This document shows positions 35,447-45,663 of a stretch of 64,000 bases of DNA, piece by piece. The notes under the pieces are model-generated. The model was not told where the DNA came from and made no database searches. It was given only the letters and a program-made list of their open reading frames with translations. A program made the position numbers and the translations under genes. Positions within the stretch are counted from its first letter, which is position 1; each line of letters starts with the position of its first letter. The DNA lies in IMG/VR virus record IMGVR_UViG_3300031957_002603, positions 1 to 64,000 of that record; one strand, given 5' to 3'. Source of the DNA: a virus.

Positions 35447-37062
35447 TGGATAAAATATTATTTGTTTCTGATTTCTTTTCGAATGAAGTTAATGGAGGAG
35501 CGGAGATCTATGACTCTGTCTTAATAGAAGAACTAAAGAAAAGAAATATTAAAGTTGCAAAGTTTAAAAGTCAAGAATTTAATGAGAAGCACATCAACCT
35601 GTACGGTAAGATGGGCTTCATTTTTCTTATATCAAACTTTGTTGGGCTTCAATCAAGAGTCAAGAAGTTCTTGCAATTACCACAGTACAGATATTATATC
35701 CTTGAACACGATCACAAGTATCTTAAGAATAGAAATCCTGCTCTGTTTACGAACTTTACTGCACCGCAGCCCGAGATTGCAAATAAAGAATTTTATGCAT
35801 CTGCAAACGCTGTCTTTTGTCAGTCAGTGAAACACGCCGAGGTCTTGAAAACAAATCTAAAAATAGATAACGTTATCAACCTCGGTTGTTCTTTATGGTC
35901 TCGAGAACAACTTGATTTAATCAAATCTAAAATCACAGAGAAAAATAACAAAGCATTCATATCTGGTGATCCTAATCCTATTAAAGGACTTAATGAGGCG
36001 GTCTCATACTGCAAGAAGAAAGGGGTCGACTACGATGTAATTAATAAATGTGATTATGATACATTTATAACAACTCTCGCACAATACGAAAAGTTTGTAT
36101 TCTTTCCAAAAACATTGGAAAGTTTTTGTCGTGTTATTCTCGAAGCAAGAATGCTTGGTTGCAAATTGTTGACCAACAATCTGAACGGTTGTACATACGA
36201 ACCTTGGTTCAAAGAATATAAGGGCGAAAACCTTATAGAATTTGTTGATAATCAAAGAGATTTGGTTGTCTCGAAGATTATTGATACTATGAGCCATGTC
36301 GAAGAAGTAGAACAAAAAGAAGGCGATATTACGGTAATTTTGAACTGTTATAGACGCCCTTATAATCTTGAGATGCAAATCGAGGCTTTACGAAATCAAT
36401 CTGTAAAACCTGCGCAAATATGGCTGTGGATTAATCATCACGAGGATAATAAAGATTTTGATCCATCTGGTCTTGATGTTGATAGAGTATTTAAGAACGA
36501 CTTTAACTGGAAGTTCTACGGCAGATTTGCTGCTGCGCTTCTGGCTGACACTGAATATGTTGCAATCTATGATGATGATACCATACCCGGATCAAAGTGG
36601 CACGAAAATTGCCTGAATACAATGAAGACTCATGAAGGCATTCTTGGCTCTGCTGGTATCCTTCTAAACGGATCTAGATATGTTCAACATGATCGTTGCG
36701 GATGGCCCACTCAAAACAGAGAAACAACTGAGGTTGACCTTGTTGGTCATGCTTGGTTTTTCAGAAGAGAGTGGTTAAGATACTTGTGGCAAGAGAAACC
36801 AACAACTTGGGACAACGGAGAGGACATACAATTTGCTTTCATGGCAAAGATTCATGGTGGCATACCAACATATTGTCCTCCGCATCCACCTGAAGATAGA
36901 GAACTGCATGGATCTATTCTGGGCAATGAACTTGGAATTGACTCAAAGGCTACTTCAACAAATAGTGCTGTGTCTCATCATCAGTTTTTTAGCGAGCGCG
37001 ATCTATGCGTTCAGACTGGTCTCCAAAAAGGCTGGAATACTGTTCGAGGAGTTAAACTGTGA
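35446..37062 (+). CDS. Fused GT-B + GT-A glycosyltransferase
   Basis: GGAE, ESFCRVILEA; ITVILNCYRR, IYDDD, GEDIQF. Confidence 0.8.
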   Translation: MDKILFVSDFFSNEVNGGAEIYDSVLIEELKKRNIKVAKFKSQEFNEKHINLYGKMGFIFLISNFVGLQSRVKKFLQLPQYRYYILEHDHKYLKNRNPALFTNFTAPQPEIANKEFYASANAVFCQSVKHAEVLKTNLKIDNVINLGCSLWSREQLDLIKSKITEKNNKAFISGDPNPIKGLNEAVSYCKKKGVDYDVINKCDYDTFITTLAQYEKFVFFPKTLESFCRVILEARMLGCKLLTNNLNGCTYEPWFKEYKGENLIEFVDNQRDLVVSKIIDTMSHVEEVEQKEGDITVILNCYRRPYNLEMQIEALRNQSVKPAQIWLWINHHEDNKDFDPSGLDVDRVFKNDFNWKFYGRFAAALLADTEYVAIYDDDTIPGSKWHENCLNTMKTHEGILGSAGILLNGSRYVQHDRCGWPTQNRETTEVDLVGHAWFFRREWLRYLWQEKPTTWDNGEDIQFAFMAKIHGGIPTYCPPHPPEDRELHGSILGNELGIDSKATSTNSAVSHHQFFSERDLCVQTGLQKGWNTVRGVKL

Positions 37063-38051
37063 TTCTAATATGTTTTGGTACAAGGCCTGAGTGGATTAAA
37101 ATTAAGCCTGTTGTTGACGCTATTAGGGGTGAGATCCCATATAAACTGCTCTTTACGGGACAACATCTAGATATTCTAGATAAAGTAAATGAGCCTGTAA
37201 CAACATTGCAAATTTTTGACGGCCCAAACCGCTTAGATTCTATTATTCAAAGTATGATGAATAGAGAAAATGTTTTTGATGGCATTACATCTGTATTGGT
37301 ACAGGGCGACACAACATCTGTTTTTGCTATGGCCCTCGCAGCGTTTCACAGAGGAATCAAGATTATCCATCTTGAAGCCGGCTTGAGAACATACAACAAG
37401 AATCATCCTTACCCGGAAGAATTCAATCGACGATCTGTTTCTTGTATGGCTGATATTCATTTTTGCCCAACACAGAAAGCCGTCGATGCTCTACACGCCG
37501 AGAACATAAAAGAAAATGTTTTTCTTGTCGGAAATACTGTTTTAGACAATCTATCGGGAATTGATACACAGTATGGTGATGAAGTTATCATTACATTGCA
37601 TAGAAGAGAGAATCATCACATTATGGATGAATGGTTTAAGGTATTAAATCTTCTTGCCAAGAATTATCCCGAATATAAATTTACAATCCCTCTACATCCT
37701 AATCCAGCAGTTCAAAAACATAGACATCTATTGACTCACGTAAATGTTGTGGATCCAATTCCATATGATGATTTTATTTTGAGACTGGCAAATGCAAAGT
37801 TGGTTATTACAGACTCCGGTGGTATTCAGGAAGAAACTTCATTTTTTGGTAAGAAGTGCATTGTTTGTCGAGAACACACCGAAAGGTCAGAAGGCCTCAA
37901 TACATTTTCATTCTTAACATCGCCTGATAAGATTGAAGTTCTGTTTCATGAAATACAAAAATATCCCATTCCTTACGGTGATTGTCCTTATGGCGATGGC
38001 ATGGCATCATACAAGATTCTTGATATTCTAAAAGGTTTTTATAATGTTTAA
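37059..38051 (+). CDS. wecB: UDP-N-acetylglucosamine 2-epimerase (non-hydrolysing)
   Basis: FGTRPE, TGQH, QGDT, HLEAGLR, PEEFNR, TLHRREN, DSGGIQEE, PYGDG. Confidence 0.93.
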   Translation: MILICFGTRPEWIKIKPVVDAIRGEIPYKLLFTGQHLDILDKVNEPVTTLQIFDGPNRLDSIIQSMMNRENVFDGITSVLVQGDTTSVFAMALAAFHRGIKIIHLEAGLRTYNKNHPYPEEFNRRSVSCMADIHFCPTQKAVDALHAENIKENVFLVGNTVLDNLSGIDTQYGDEVIITLHRRENHHIMDEWFKVLNLLAKNYPEYKFTIPLHPNPAVQKHRHLLTHVNVVDPIPYDDFILRLANAKLVITDSGGIQEETSFFGKKCIVCREHTERSEGLNTFSFLTSPDKIEVLFHEIQKYPIPYGDCPYGDGMASYKILDILKGFYNV

Positions 38052-38841
38052 AGATTTTCACAAAGATTTTAATGAACTGTTGAGGATGCTAAAAGAGGGC
38101 GAAAACTTTGCTTTTACGCGATTCTCTGACGGAGAGTTATTTATTTTGCAAAATAAAACATTAGTTTTAGCAGACAATCATTATATTACTGGAGATATCA
38201 AAGGTAGAAATATCTATACTAAAGAAGAGCATAAGCATTTTTACCCCGAGCAGCATGCATTTTATAGGGAAAAATTAATTGAAACATACCTTCACAATCA
38301 AGACAATTATTTTAAAGGCATTTGTACATCGACAGACGGTCATGTTGGAAAAGAAAATTTTGATTGGATGATTGATTTTCATGGCGGGGATCATAATAAT
38401 CTTACATTTGCAAACTTGCTTATCAATGCAAATTATAAACACTTTATAGAAAAGATTGTACCTCTTTTGCAAGACCGCCGAGTGTTATATATTGTCAACG
38501 AAAACGCAATCGTTGAAAACTTGCCGTTTACTGTTGAAAAGTCGTTCATAATCGGATCAAATTGTATGATAAATGACTATAATACATCTGAGGTCGTTAA
38601 AGAATATATTGCTAAAAACTCTATTAATAATGCAATTGTTTTGTGCTCTGCTGCATCGCTTTCGAATTATGTAATTTATGAGGCCTTCAAGGACAATAAT
38701 AATAATACTTTTCTTGATATTGGATCTTGCCTAAATCCTTTGCTTGGCTTGGAAGGTTGGAAACATACAAGAGGTTATTTAACATCATATTGGATGAACT
38801 CTAGAAATCCTTTCGGGAATCAGGTGGATATATGGTCTTAA
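38044..38841 (+). CDS. GT-D fold-like glycosyltransferase
   Basis: FTRFSDGE, LDIGS. Confidence 0.6.
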   Translation: MFKDFHKDFNELLRMLKEGENFAFTRFSDGELFILQNKTLVLADNHYITGDIKGRNIYTKEEHKHFYPEQHAFYREKLIETYLHNQDNYFKGICTSTDGHVGKENFDWMIDFHGGDHNNLTFANLLINANYKHFIEKIVPLLQDRRVLYIVNENAIVENLPFTVEKSFIIGSNCMINDYNTSEVVKEYIAKNSINNAIVLCSAASLSNYVIYEAFKDNNNNTFLDIGSCLNPLLGLEGWKHTRGYLTSYWMNSRNPFGNQVDIWS

Positions 38842-39215
38842 TTAAAAACAGCAAACAATACTGGGAGTTCATAAGAGAACTTAGAAACATGGATGGTGTC
38901 CGGGAAGGATTCGTTCAACAAGAATATATTGAAAAAGAATTTCACCAAGCATATATGCAAGCGTGGGGTGATTGTTTTTTTATCTGTCTATACAAAGACG
39001 AGCCTGCTGGCTATGTTGGAATTATAAATAAAGATATTCGAGTTGCCACTCACCCTAACTTTCAAGGCAAAGGGATTGCTACTTTCATGATTAATACGAT
39101 TATGGATTATTATCCAGATTCTGAAGCCAAAGTTAAAATTGAAAATGAAGCGTCTCTTAAATTATTTGAGAAGTGTGGCTTTAAGAAAAAATATTATATT
39201 TTGGAGAAGGAATAG
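38832..39215 (+). CDS. GNAT acetyltransferase
   Basis: FQGKGIAT, NEASLKLFEKCGF. Confidence 0.88.
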   Translation: MVLIKNSKQYWEFIRELRNMDGVREGFVQQEYIEKEFHQAYMQAWGDCFFICLYKDEPAGYVGIINKDIRVATHPNFQGKGIATFMINTIMDYYPDSEAKVKIENEASLKLFEKCGFKKKYYILEKE

Positions 39216-40567
39216 TGACTTCTGCTAAAGACTTGAAAGATGTTGATGTTGTATTTTTTAGCGCTTTTGATCACAATGAGGGCAAAGATTCGCACGGTTT
39301 ATTTCAAATGTTTAAATTTTTTAGAAACAAGTTGGAGATAAAATCAATCTTTTTAAACACAAATAATAGTAAGTTTACTAACAATATAGATGTTTTTAAC
39401 ATATCAAAATCAGGTGGTAATCTAAAACTATCCCACCAAATTAGCCCTTCCTTTATTGATGACAATAATGCTGGTACGTGGAGAAATTTTTTTAAAAATA
39501 ATATAGATTTATTTTACAAAATGGCTTCTGATAGTGTAATAAAAGAATTGCCAAAACACAAATTTTTAGTTATAACTGATGTAAACGACATTGATCTTAA
39601 TATTCTAGAAAAAGTTGCAAATCATTTTGAATCTAAAATACTTATTATTTCTGCTGTTAATAATACATGGACTGGTTTGTGCTCTTATCCAAAAGAATAT
39701 AATTGTGAACTTTACAAAAAAGAGGCCGGATGTGATTCTAGTTGTCCGATGTTGCCTGAAAATACCAGAATAGATAAAGATGCACCAAGTTTAAGGTTTA
39801 ATAAAATAAAACGCTTTGTTAAAAACAATATAAATTCTTTGTATCTCAATGTTGGGAATTCTTTTTCTCTTCTAGAATCCAACGAGAGTTATTTATTTAA
39901 AAACGTTAAAAAAATAATGATACCTTTAAAGAATCTCGAAACTGTTGAAGAGTTTGATTCTTTATGGGATATTAAGCAAAGTAATAGAGATTACGTTTGT
40001 AGAGTGTTGAATCATAATCCACAAAAAATTATTATGTGGTCTGCATATTATCTTAATATGAAACGAAAAGGGTTTAATTATTTATTAAAATCATTAGAAA
40101 TAATAAAAAAACAATATAATTTCGATTTAGGAAATATATGCTTAATTATCTGTGCCAAACACAATAATTATCAATTTAAGTCTGAACTTGATGCATTAGG
40201 AATTAAGCATCATTATACTGGCTTACTTGATGAGGAAGAATACAACAAGTTTTTATCATCAGCCGATCTATATTGCTCTACTACGATTAGTGACGCAGGT
40301 CCTCGAACTACTTATGAGAGTGCTGCCTTGGGAACACCAATAATATCATTTGATAATTGCAATGCATCTGACTTTGTAAGCGATATTAACGGTGCCCTAA
40401 TACCAACATATGATACTGCTATATTTGCAGAAAAATTGAATTTATTATTAACTCTAGACAATCTAGAACACAAAAATATGTGCCTCAAGATGCACGAAAC
40501 ATATAAAAGTATTATGGATTCTGATAAATTAGCAAAAAAATGGAATTTGTTTTTTAAAGGTTGTTAG
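39215..40567 (+). CDS. GT-B glycosyltransferase
   Basis: WTGLCSY...C, RKGF, DAGPRTTYESAALGTPII. Confidence 0.75.
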   Translation: MTSAKDLKDVDVVFFSAFDHNEGKDSHGLFQMFKFFRNKLEIKSIFLNTNNSKFTNNIDVFNISKSGGNLKLSHQISPSFIDDNNAGTWRNFFKNNIDLFYKMASDSVIKELPKHKFLVITDVNDIDLNILEKVANHFESKILIISAVNNTWTGLCSYPKEYNCELYKKEAGCDSSCPMLPENTRIDKDAPSLRFNKIKRFVKNNINSLYLNVGNSFSLLESNESYLFKNVKKIMIPLKNLETVEEFDSLWDIKQSNRDYVCRVLNHNPQKIIMWSAYYLNMKRKGFNYLLKSLEIIKKQYNFDLGNICLIICAKHNNYQFKSELDALGIKHHYTGLLDEEEYNKFLSSADLYCSTTISDAGPRTTYESAALGTPIISFDNCNASDFVSDINGALIPTYDTAIFAEKLNLLLTLDNLEHKNMCLKMHETYKSIMDSDKLAKKWNLFFKGC

Positions 40568-40572
40568 TTATA

Positions 40573-41316
40573 ATGAATTTTAATAAATTTTACAATGATG
40601 GATTTCAAATTATACCAAATGTTCTTCAATTGGACGAGTGCCATTTATTGAAAAAAAAGATACTTGAAATATATGAAAAACAAGTTAATTCTTTTGGCAT
40701 TGAAAATTTGACTTTAATTGGAGAAAACAACACAATAAGATCTCCTTTTTTATATGATTGGTGCTTTAAAGATATATTTTACAATAATTTTGTTATGAAT
40801 ATAGTTTCTTCTATATTGGGAAAACATGCCATTTTAAGTTTACAGAACGCAATTTATATTCCAAAAAATCAGGATCATCATCAATCTTTTTATCACCGTG
40901 ACATCATACATCAAGAATTTGTATCCTCAAGGCCTCTGGCAATCAATTTATATTATTGTTTAGACGACTACAATGAATTTAATGGCGGAACCAGTTTTAT
41001 TCTTGGAAGCCACAAAAAACAAAAATTAGATTTAACAGATCAACACATTGTGCCCAATGTAAAAGCAGGTTCACTTATTATTTTCGATTCTATGGTTTAT
41101 CATAAAGCAGGAATTAATACAACTGGTTTTTCTAGATGTGGTATCAATAATATGTACACTTTACCATTTATCAAACAGCAAATCAATTACCCTAACTATT
41201 TAAACAACAAGCCAAAAGATGCAAAACTGAGTAGACTTTTAGGGTTTGAAAGTAAAGAGTTTTTAAGTGTAGATGATTTTAGAAATTATCGTTTAAATAG
41301 GTTGTTAAATGAATAA
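40573..41316 (+). CDS. Phytanoyl-CoA dioxygenase (PhyH)-family 2OG-Fe(II) oxygenase
   Basis: HRD, NGGT..ILGSH, AGS...HKAG.N. Confidence 0.85.
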   Translation: MNFNKFYNDGFQIIPNVLQLDECHLLKKKILEIYEKQVNSFGIENLTLIGENNTIRSPFLYDWCFKDIFYNNFVMNIVSSILGKHAILSLQNAIYIPKNQDHHQSFYHRDIIHQEFVSSRPLAINLYYCLDDYNEFNGGTSFILGSHKKQKLDLTDQHIVPNVKAGSLIIFDSMVYHKAGINTTGFSRCGINNMYTLPFIKQQINYPNYLNNKPKDAKLSRLLGFESKEFLSVDDFRNYRLNRLLNE

Positions 41317-42004
41317 TAAAATAATAATTACTCAATCTAACTATGTCCCATGGAAAGGGTATTTCACCACCATGAAAAAGGCAACTCATATAATATTATA
41401 TGATAACGCTCAATATACTAGAAGAGATTGGAGAAACAGAAATAAAATTATTACTCAAAAGGGCCCAACATGGCTTACAATTCCTATTGATGTTAAGGGA
41501 AAGTTTGACCAAAAAGTCAATGAAGCAAAAGTAAAGAATAACCAATGGCCGATTGATCACTGGAATAAAATCAGAGAAAATTATAAAAAAGCGCCGTGCT
41601 TTAAACAATATTCAAAATATTTTGAGGACATTTATTTAAAACAACTTCCAAAATATGAGTACCTATCTGATATAAATCGTATTATGTTGAAAGAATGTAT
41701 TAATCTTTTAGATATAAAAATAGAAGTTCTAGATTCGCGTGACTTCGATATTCGTGGTGGTAAAACCGGTAAATTAATAAATATCTGTAAAGATTTAGAA
41801 GCAGATGAATATTTTACAGGCCCTGCCGCAAAAGGATATATGGAGGAAAGTTTATTTGATGAAAATAATATCAAATTAACTTATTATGATTTAGAAAATT
41901 TTCCCGAGTACAAGCAAATGTGGAAAGGCTTCAGTCATCACGTCAGTATTTTAGATATGTTTTTTAATCTAGGTGACGAAACAAATAAATATTTTAATTG
42001 GTGA
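41309..42004 (+). CDS. wbqC: WbqC-like protein
   Basis: QSNYVPWKGYF, QYTRRDWRNRN, YKKAP, SILDMFFN.G. Confidence 0.9.
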   Translation: MNNKIIITQSNYVPWKGYFTTMKKATHIILYDNAQYTRRDWRNRNKIITQKGPTWLTIPIDVKGKFDQKVNEAKVKNNQWPIDHWNKIRENYKKAPCFKQYSKYFEDIYLKQLPKYEYLSDINRIMLKECINLLDIKIEVLDSRDFDIRGGKTGKLINICKDLEADEYFTGPAAKGYMEESLFDENNIKLTYYDLENFPEYKQMWKGFSHHVSILDMFFNLGDETNKYFNW

Positions 42005-42007
42005 TTT

Positions 42008-42634
42008 GTGTCTAACAAATTTATAAATTTTATTAAAGAAAAGAATTTTGATGGAACAAAAGAACTTTATCATAAATATATATCAAACTATTATGCTGAT
42101 GAGTTTTGTGATAAAAGAGAAGAAGAATTAAATTTTGTCGAAATAGGTGTAAGAGATGGGTGTGATTTAGCCATGTTCGCAGATTGGTTTTATAAATCTG
42201 AAGTTTTTGGAATTGATATAGCAGATATTCTAATAAACGGCAGAAATCATGGCCCAGAACTTGGTTGGGGCAGATATGATTTATCGATTGGAGAACTGGA
42301 TAATTGTCACTTTATAAAAGGAAATGGATACGATGATAACATTATAGACTTTTTTAAGGATGAATCAATTGATTACTTGATTGATGATGCATCTCATATT
42401 TTAGAAGATCAGTTAATGTGCATTGAAAAATATTTGTCTAAAATTAAAAAAGGTGGAAAGATTATAATTGAAGATGTTGGTTGCTATGAACAAACAAACA
42501 ATCCTCCTCCCAATAAGTGTATTAAATCAATCGTTAATAAAGCAGAACAATTAGGTTGTGTGGCCAGAGTTTTTAATTTTTCAGAAATAACAAAAATAAA
42601 ATATTCTATAATAATTGAAATAACAAAGAGGTAA
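42008..42634 (+). CDS. Class I SAM-dependent methyltransferase
   Basis: VEIGV, FGIDI, IDDASH, GGKIIIED. Confidence 0.8.
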   Translation: MSNKFINFIKEKNFDGTKELYHKYISNYYADEFCDKREEELNFVEIGVRDGCDLAMFADWFYKSEVFGIDIADILINGRNHGPELGWGRYDLSIGELDNCHFIKGNGYDDNIIDFFKDESIDYLIDDASHILEDQLMCIEKYLSKIKKGGKIIIEDVGCYEQTNNPPPNKCIKSIVNKAEQLGCVARVFNFSEITKIKYSIIIEITKR

Positions 42635-42638
42635 ATAT

Positions 42639-43304
42639 ATGAAAAATAAAAAATTAATTATTTTTGGCGAAGGTCTTTACACTGAAATAGCATATCAATA
42701 TTTTTCTGACGACTCCGAATACGACGTTGTTTGTTTTACAAAAGATGATAATTATATTAATTCAGACACTTATCTTGGTTTACCAATGGTTCCTTTTTCG
42801 AAAATAGAGGAATTATATAGTCCACATGAATATGACATGCATATTGCAGTTAGTTATACTGATTTAAATCATTTAAGAGAAAGGATTTTTCATGAAGCAA
42901 AAGGCAAAGGATATAAACTTCCGTCATATATTAGTTCCCATTGCAATATTTTGACAAAATACCCTATTGGTGAAAATTGCTTCATTTTTGAAGATAATAC
43001 AATTCAGCCTTTTGTAACCATAGAAGATAATGTTATTTTATGGAGTGGTAATCATATTGGGCATCATAGCACAATAAAATCTCATAACTTCATTAGTTCA
43101 CATGTAGTTGTATCAGGCCAATGCACCATTGAATCCAATTGTTTTATTGGTGTCAATAGTACAATAGGGCACATGGTCAACGTTGGGAAGGAAACATTGA
43201 TAGGCGCTGGTGCTGTAATAACCAAAAATACGGATCCCGGTTCTGTGTATGTTCCTGCAAAAAGTAGAAAACTAGATAGATTAAGCAATACATTTAAATT
43301 GTAA
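42639..43304 (+). CDS. Sugar O/N-acetyltransferase (NeuD/PglD-like hexapeptide repeat)
   Basis: IGENCFI, IGHH, IGAGAVITK. Confidence 0.88.
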   Translation: MKNKKLIIFGEGLYTEIAYQYFSDDSEYDVVCFTKDDNYINSDTYLGLPMVPFSKIEELYSPHEYDMHIAVSYTDLNHLRERIFHEAKGKGYKLPSYISSHCNILTKYPIGENCFIFEDNTIQPFVTIEDNVILWSGNHIGHHSTIKSHNFISSHVVVSGQCTIESNCFIGVNSTIGHMVNVGKETLIGAGAVITKNTDPGSVYVPAKSRKLDRLSNTFKL

Positions 43305-43305
43305 T

Positions 43306-44193
43306 ATGAAAGAACAAAAATGGCAAAAATTGGGCCTCATTTATTCTGTAAATAATGATAATCAAAATCTTCTTTCGCACGCATCAAACCCTTTGGCAAT
43401 GCATTTAAAAGAAGACATATACAGAATATTCTACTCCGGTCGAGACATAAAAAATAGATCTTCTATTTCTTATGTTGATTATGATATTGTAAGACAAACT
43501 ATTATTAATGATCACAAAAAGCCTATTTTGACTCCAAAAGAAAACACATTCTATTCGCATGGAATAACAATTGGAAACTTTTGGCTTGAAGGAAATCAAA
43601 CATACATTGGCTTTATGGGATGGCAACAGGAAAAAGATAAACACTGGAGAGGAGATATAGGAAAGGTTAATATAGATACAAAAGACGTAACTTTACTACT
43701 TGGAGTAAACGAAGAAGATAAAATAAGTTTGTCATATCCTCATGTAATTTATAAGAACGAAAAGTATCATATGTGGTATGGTTCTACTATTGATTGGTCT
43801 TCTTCTAATGGTGAGATGATACATGTAATCAAAAAAGCAACCTCAAGTGATATGAAAAATTGGACTTTTCATGGGATTGATATTCCTTATGAAATTGGTA
43901 AGGCCCAAGCGTTTTCAAAACCATCTGTTTGTTGTGATGAATCTGGCTACAGAATGTGGTATTCTTATAGAAGCGGTGATGGAACACCATATAGAATCGG
44001 TTATGCTCACAGTGAAGATGGATCAAAATGGAATTGTAAACAAAGTAATTTAACAGTCTCTGATAGTGGTTGGGATTCTGAAATGGTTTGTTATCCATAT
44101 ATTTTTAAGCACAAAGATACCCTATACATGCTCTATAATGGAAACAGATACGGTATTGCTGGTTTTGGTCTCGCAAAAATAAATTTAAAATAA
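43306..44193 (+). CDS. Five-bladed beta-propeller glycoside hydrolase-like protein
   Basis: Repeated YP.V...MWY units, IGYAHSEDG..W, WDSEMVCYP, YNGNRYG. Confidence 0.7.
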   Translation: MKEQKWQKLGLIYSVNNDNQNLLSHASNPLAMHLKEDIYRIFYSGRDIKNRSSISYVDYDIVRQTIINDHKKPILTPKENTFYSHGITIGNFWLEGNQTYIGFMGWQQEKDKHWRGDIGKVNIDTKDVTLLLGVNEEDKISLSYPHVIYKNEKYHMWYGSTIDWSSSNGEMIHVIKKATSSDMKNWTFHGIDIPYEIGKAQAFSKPSVCCDESGYRMWYSYRSGDGTPYRIGYAHSEDGSKWNCKQSNLTVSDSGWDSEMVCYPYIFKHKDTLYMLYNGNRYGIAGFGLAKINLK

Positions 44194-44196
44194 AAC

Positions 44197-44225
44197 TTGA
44201 CAAACATATAAAAATGTGTTATATT
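44197..44225 (+). promoter_or_regulatory. sigma70-type promoter internal to glycosylation cluster
   Basis: TTGACA 44197-44202, N17, TATATT 44220-44225. Confidence 0.8.
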
Positions 44226-44242
44226 ATAAAGAAAAGGTAAAT

Positions 44243-45052
44243 ATGAATTATAATCTTATACATGCTAGGTTTCTTATGCCCAATGTTACTGAAGAAGAAC
44301 AAGGGTTTCATTTTAGTAAAACCTATAGTCTTGAAAAGCCTTATGAATACGATCCTAAACATGTTATTAATGAAATCACTAAAATTAAAGAATGTGATTA
44401 TCTTGAATTAGGCGTAGATCAGGGCCACACATTTGATCATATTAAAAATGTAAAATTAAAACATGGAATTGATCCATTCGGTGCATCAGAAAACATAACT
44501 CACAGAATGACATCACAAATGTTTTTTTCAATGAATGAGTATTTTTTTAATAATACATACGATTTAATATTCATTGATGCAATACATCTTTTTCCTGTTG
44601 TGCAGCAAGAAATACATGATAGTTTAAAAATCTTAAATGATAATGGGTTATTGGTGTTACACGATACTTGCCCCAATAAAGAAAGTTCGCAAAAAATATT
44701 ATATAGCGATTTTGAAAAAATTTTAAATGATGTTATTTGTTCTGAAGAAAAAGAACGTTTAAAATGGCATGAGAATACTAAGAAAAATCAACCGGTTGGC
44801 TATAACGGAGATGTATGGAAGAATGTAGCATGGTACAGAAGCAACACAGATTACACAGTTTTCTCTATACCAGATGCATGTATAAGCATTATCTCAAAGA
44901 AAAAAATGAAAAGTTTTGAACATAAATCAAAAATTAAAGATTTAACATTTGAAAAAATGACATGGGGCTTATATTATAATTGTTTTCATCAAATAATGAA
45001 TCCATTTACTTTTGATTATTTTGTAGAAAATATCAGCAAGGAGTTATTATGA
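44243..45052 (+). CDS. Class I SAM-dependent methyltransferase
   Basis: YLELGV, GIDP, DLIFIDAIH, VLHD, NGDVWK. Confidence 0.8.
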   Translation: MNYNLIHARFLMPNVTEEEQGFHFSKTYSLEKPYEYDPKHVINEITKIKECDYLELGVDQGHTFDHIKNVKLKHGIDPFGASENITHRMTSQMFFSMNEYFFNNTYDLIFIDAIHLFPVVQQEIHDSLKILNDNGLLVLHDTCPNKESSQKILYSDFEKILNDVICSEEKERLKWHENTKKNQPVGYNGDVWKNVAWYRSNTDYTVFSIPDACISIISKKKMKSFEHKSKIKDLTFEKMTWGLYYNCFHQIMNPFTFDYFVENISKELL

Positions 45053-45663
45053 GGCACAATCCATATAAAATTGTTAAAATGTTTGAAGAGACAGTCGCTG
45101 ATTATTGTGGCGCACCTTATGCTGTATCTGTGGACAATTGCACTGACGCGCTTTTATTGTGCTGTCAATACCACAATGTTGCCGATGTTACTATCCCAGC
45201 GAGGACTTACCTATCTGTACCTCAATCAATTATGCATGCCGGCGGCACTGTTAAGTTTCGAGATTACAGATGGCAGGGAGTTTATCAACTTGAACCATAC
45301 CCAATCTGGGACGCAGCCAAGCGCTTGACTTCAAATATGTACATTCCCGGCTCAATGATGTGTCTTTCATTTCATATTAAAAAGCATCTCAAGATTGGTA
45401 AAGGCGGTATGATTCTGACTGATAACTTAGAAGCAGTAAAGTGGTTTCGCAAGATGCGATACGAAGGCCGTGGTGAAGTAATGTACCATGAAGACAGTAT
45501 TGAACTTAATGGATGGAATGCTTATATGTCGCCAGAACAAGCAGCAAGAGGCTTGATGTTAATGCAGAATTATCCTGATGACATGCCCGATCTACCAGAA
45601 CAACCGTTTTATCGAGACCTTAGAGAATTTCCTTTGTTTAAAGATATTGAGGTAGTAGATTGA
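45049..45663 (+). CDS. Compact DegT/DnrJ/EryC1/StrS PLP aminotransferase-like protein
   Basis: FEE..A.Y.GAPYAV, DAA, LSFHIKKHL.IG.GGMILTD; only 204 aa. Confidence 0.75.
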   Translation: MRHNPYKIVKMFEETVADYCGAPYAVSVDNCTDALLLCCQYHNVADVTIPARTYLSVPQSIMHAGGTVKFRDYRWQGVYQLEPYPIWDAAKRLTSNMYIPGSMMCLSFHIKKHLKIGKGGMILTDNLEAVKWFRKMRYEGRGEVMYHEDSIELNGWNAYMSPEQAARGLMLMQNYPDDMPDLPEQPFYRDLREFPLFKDIEVVD

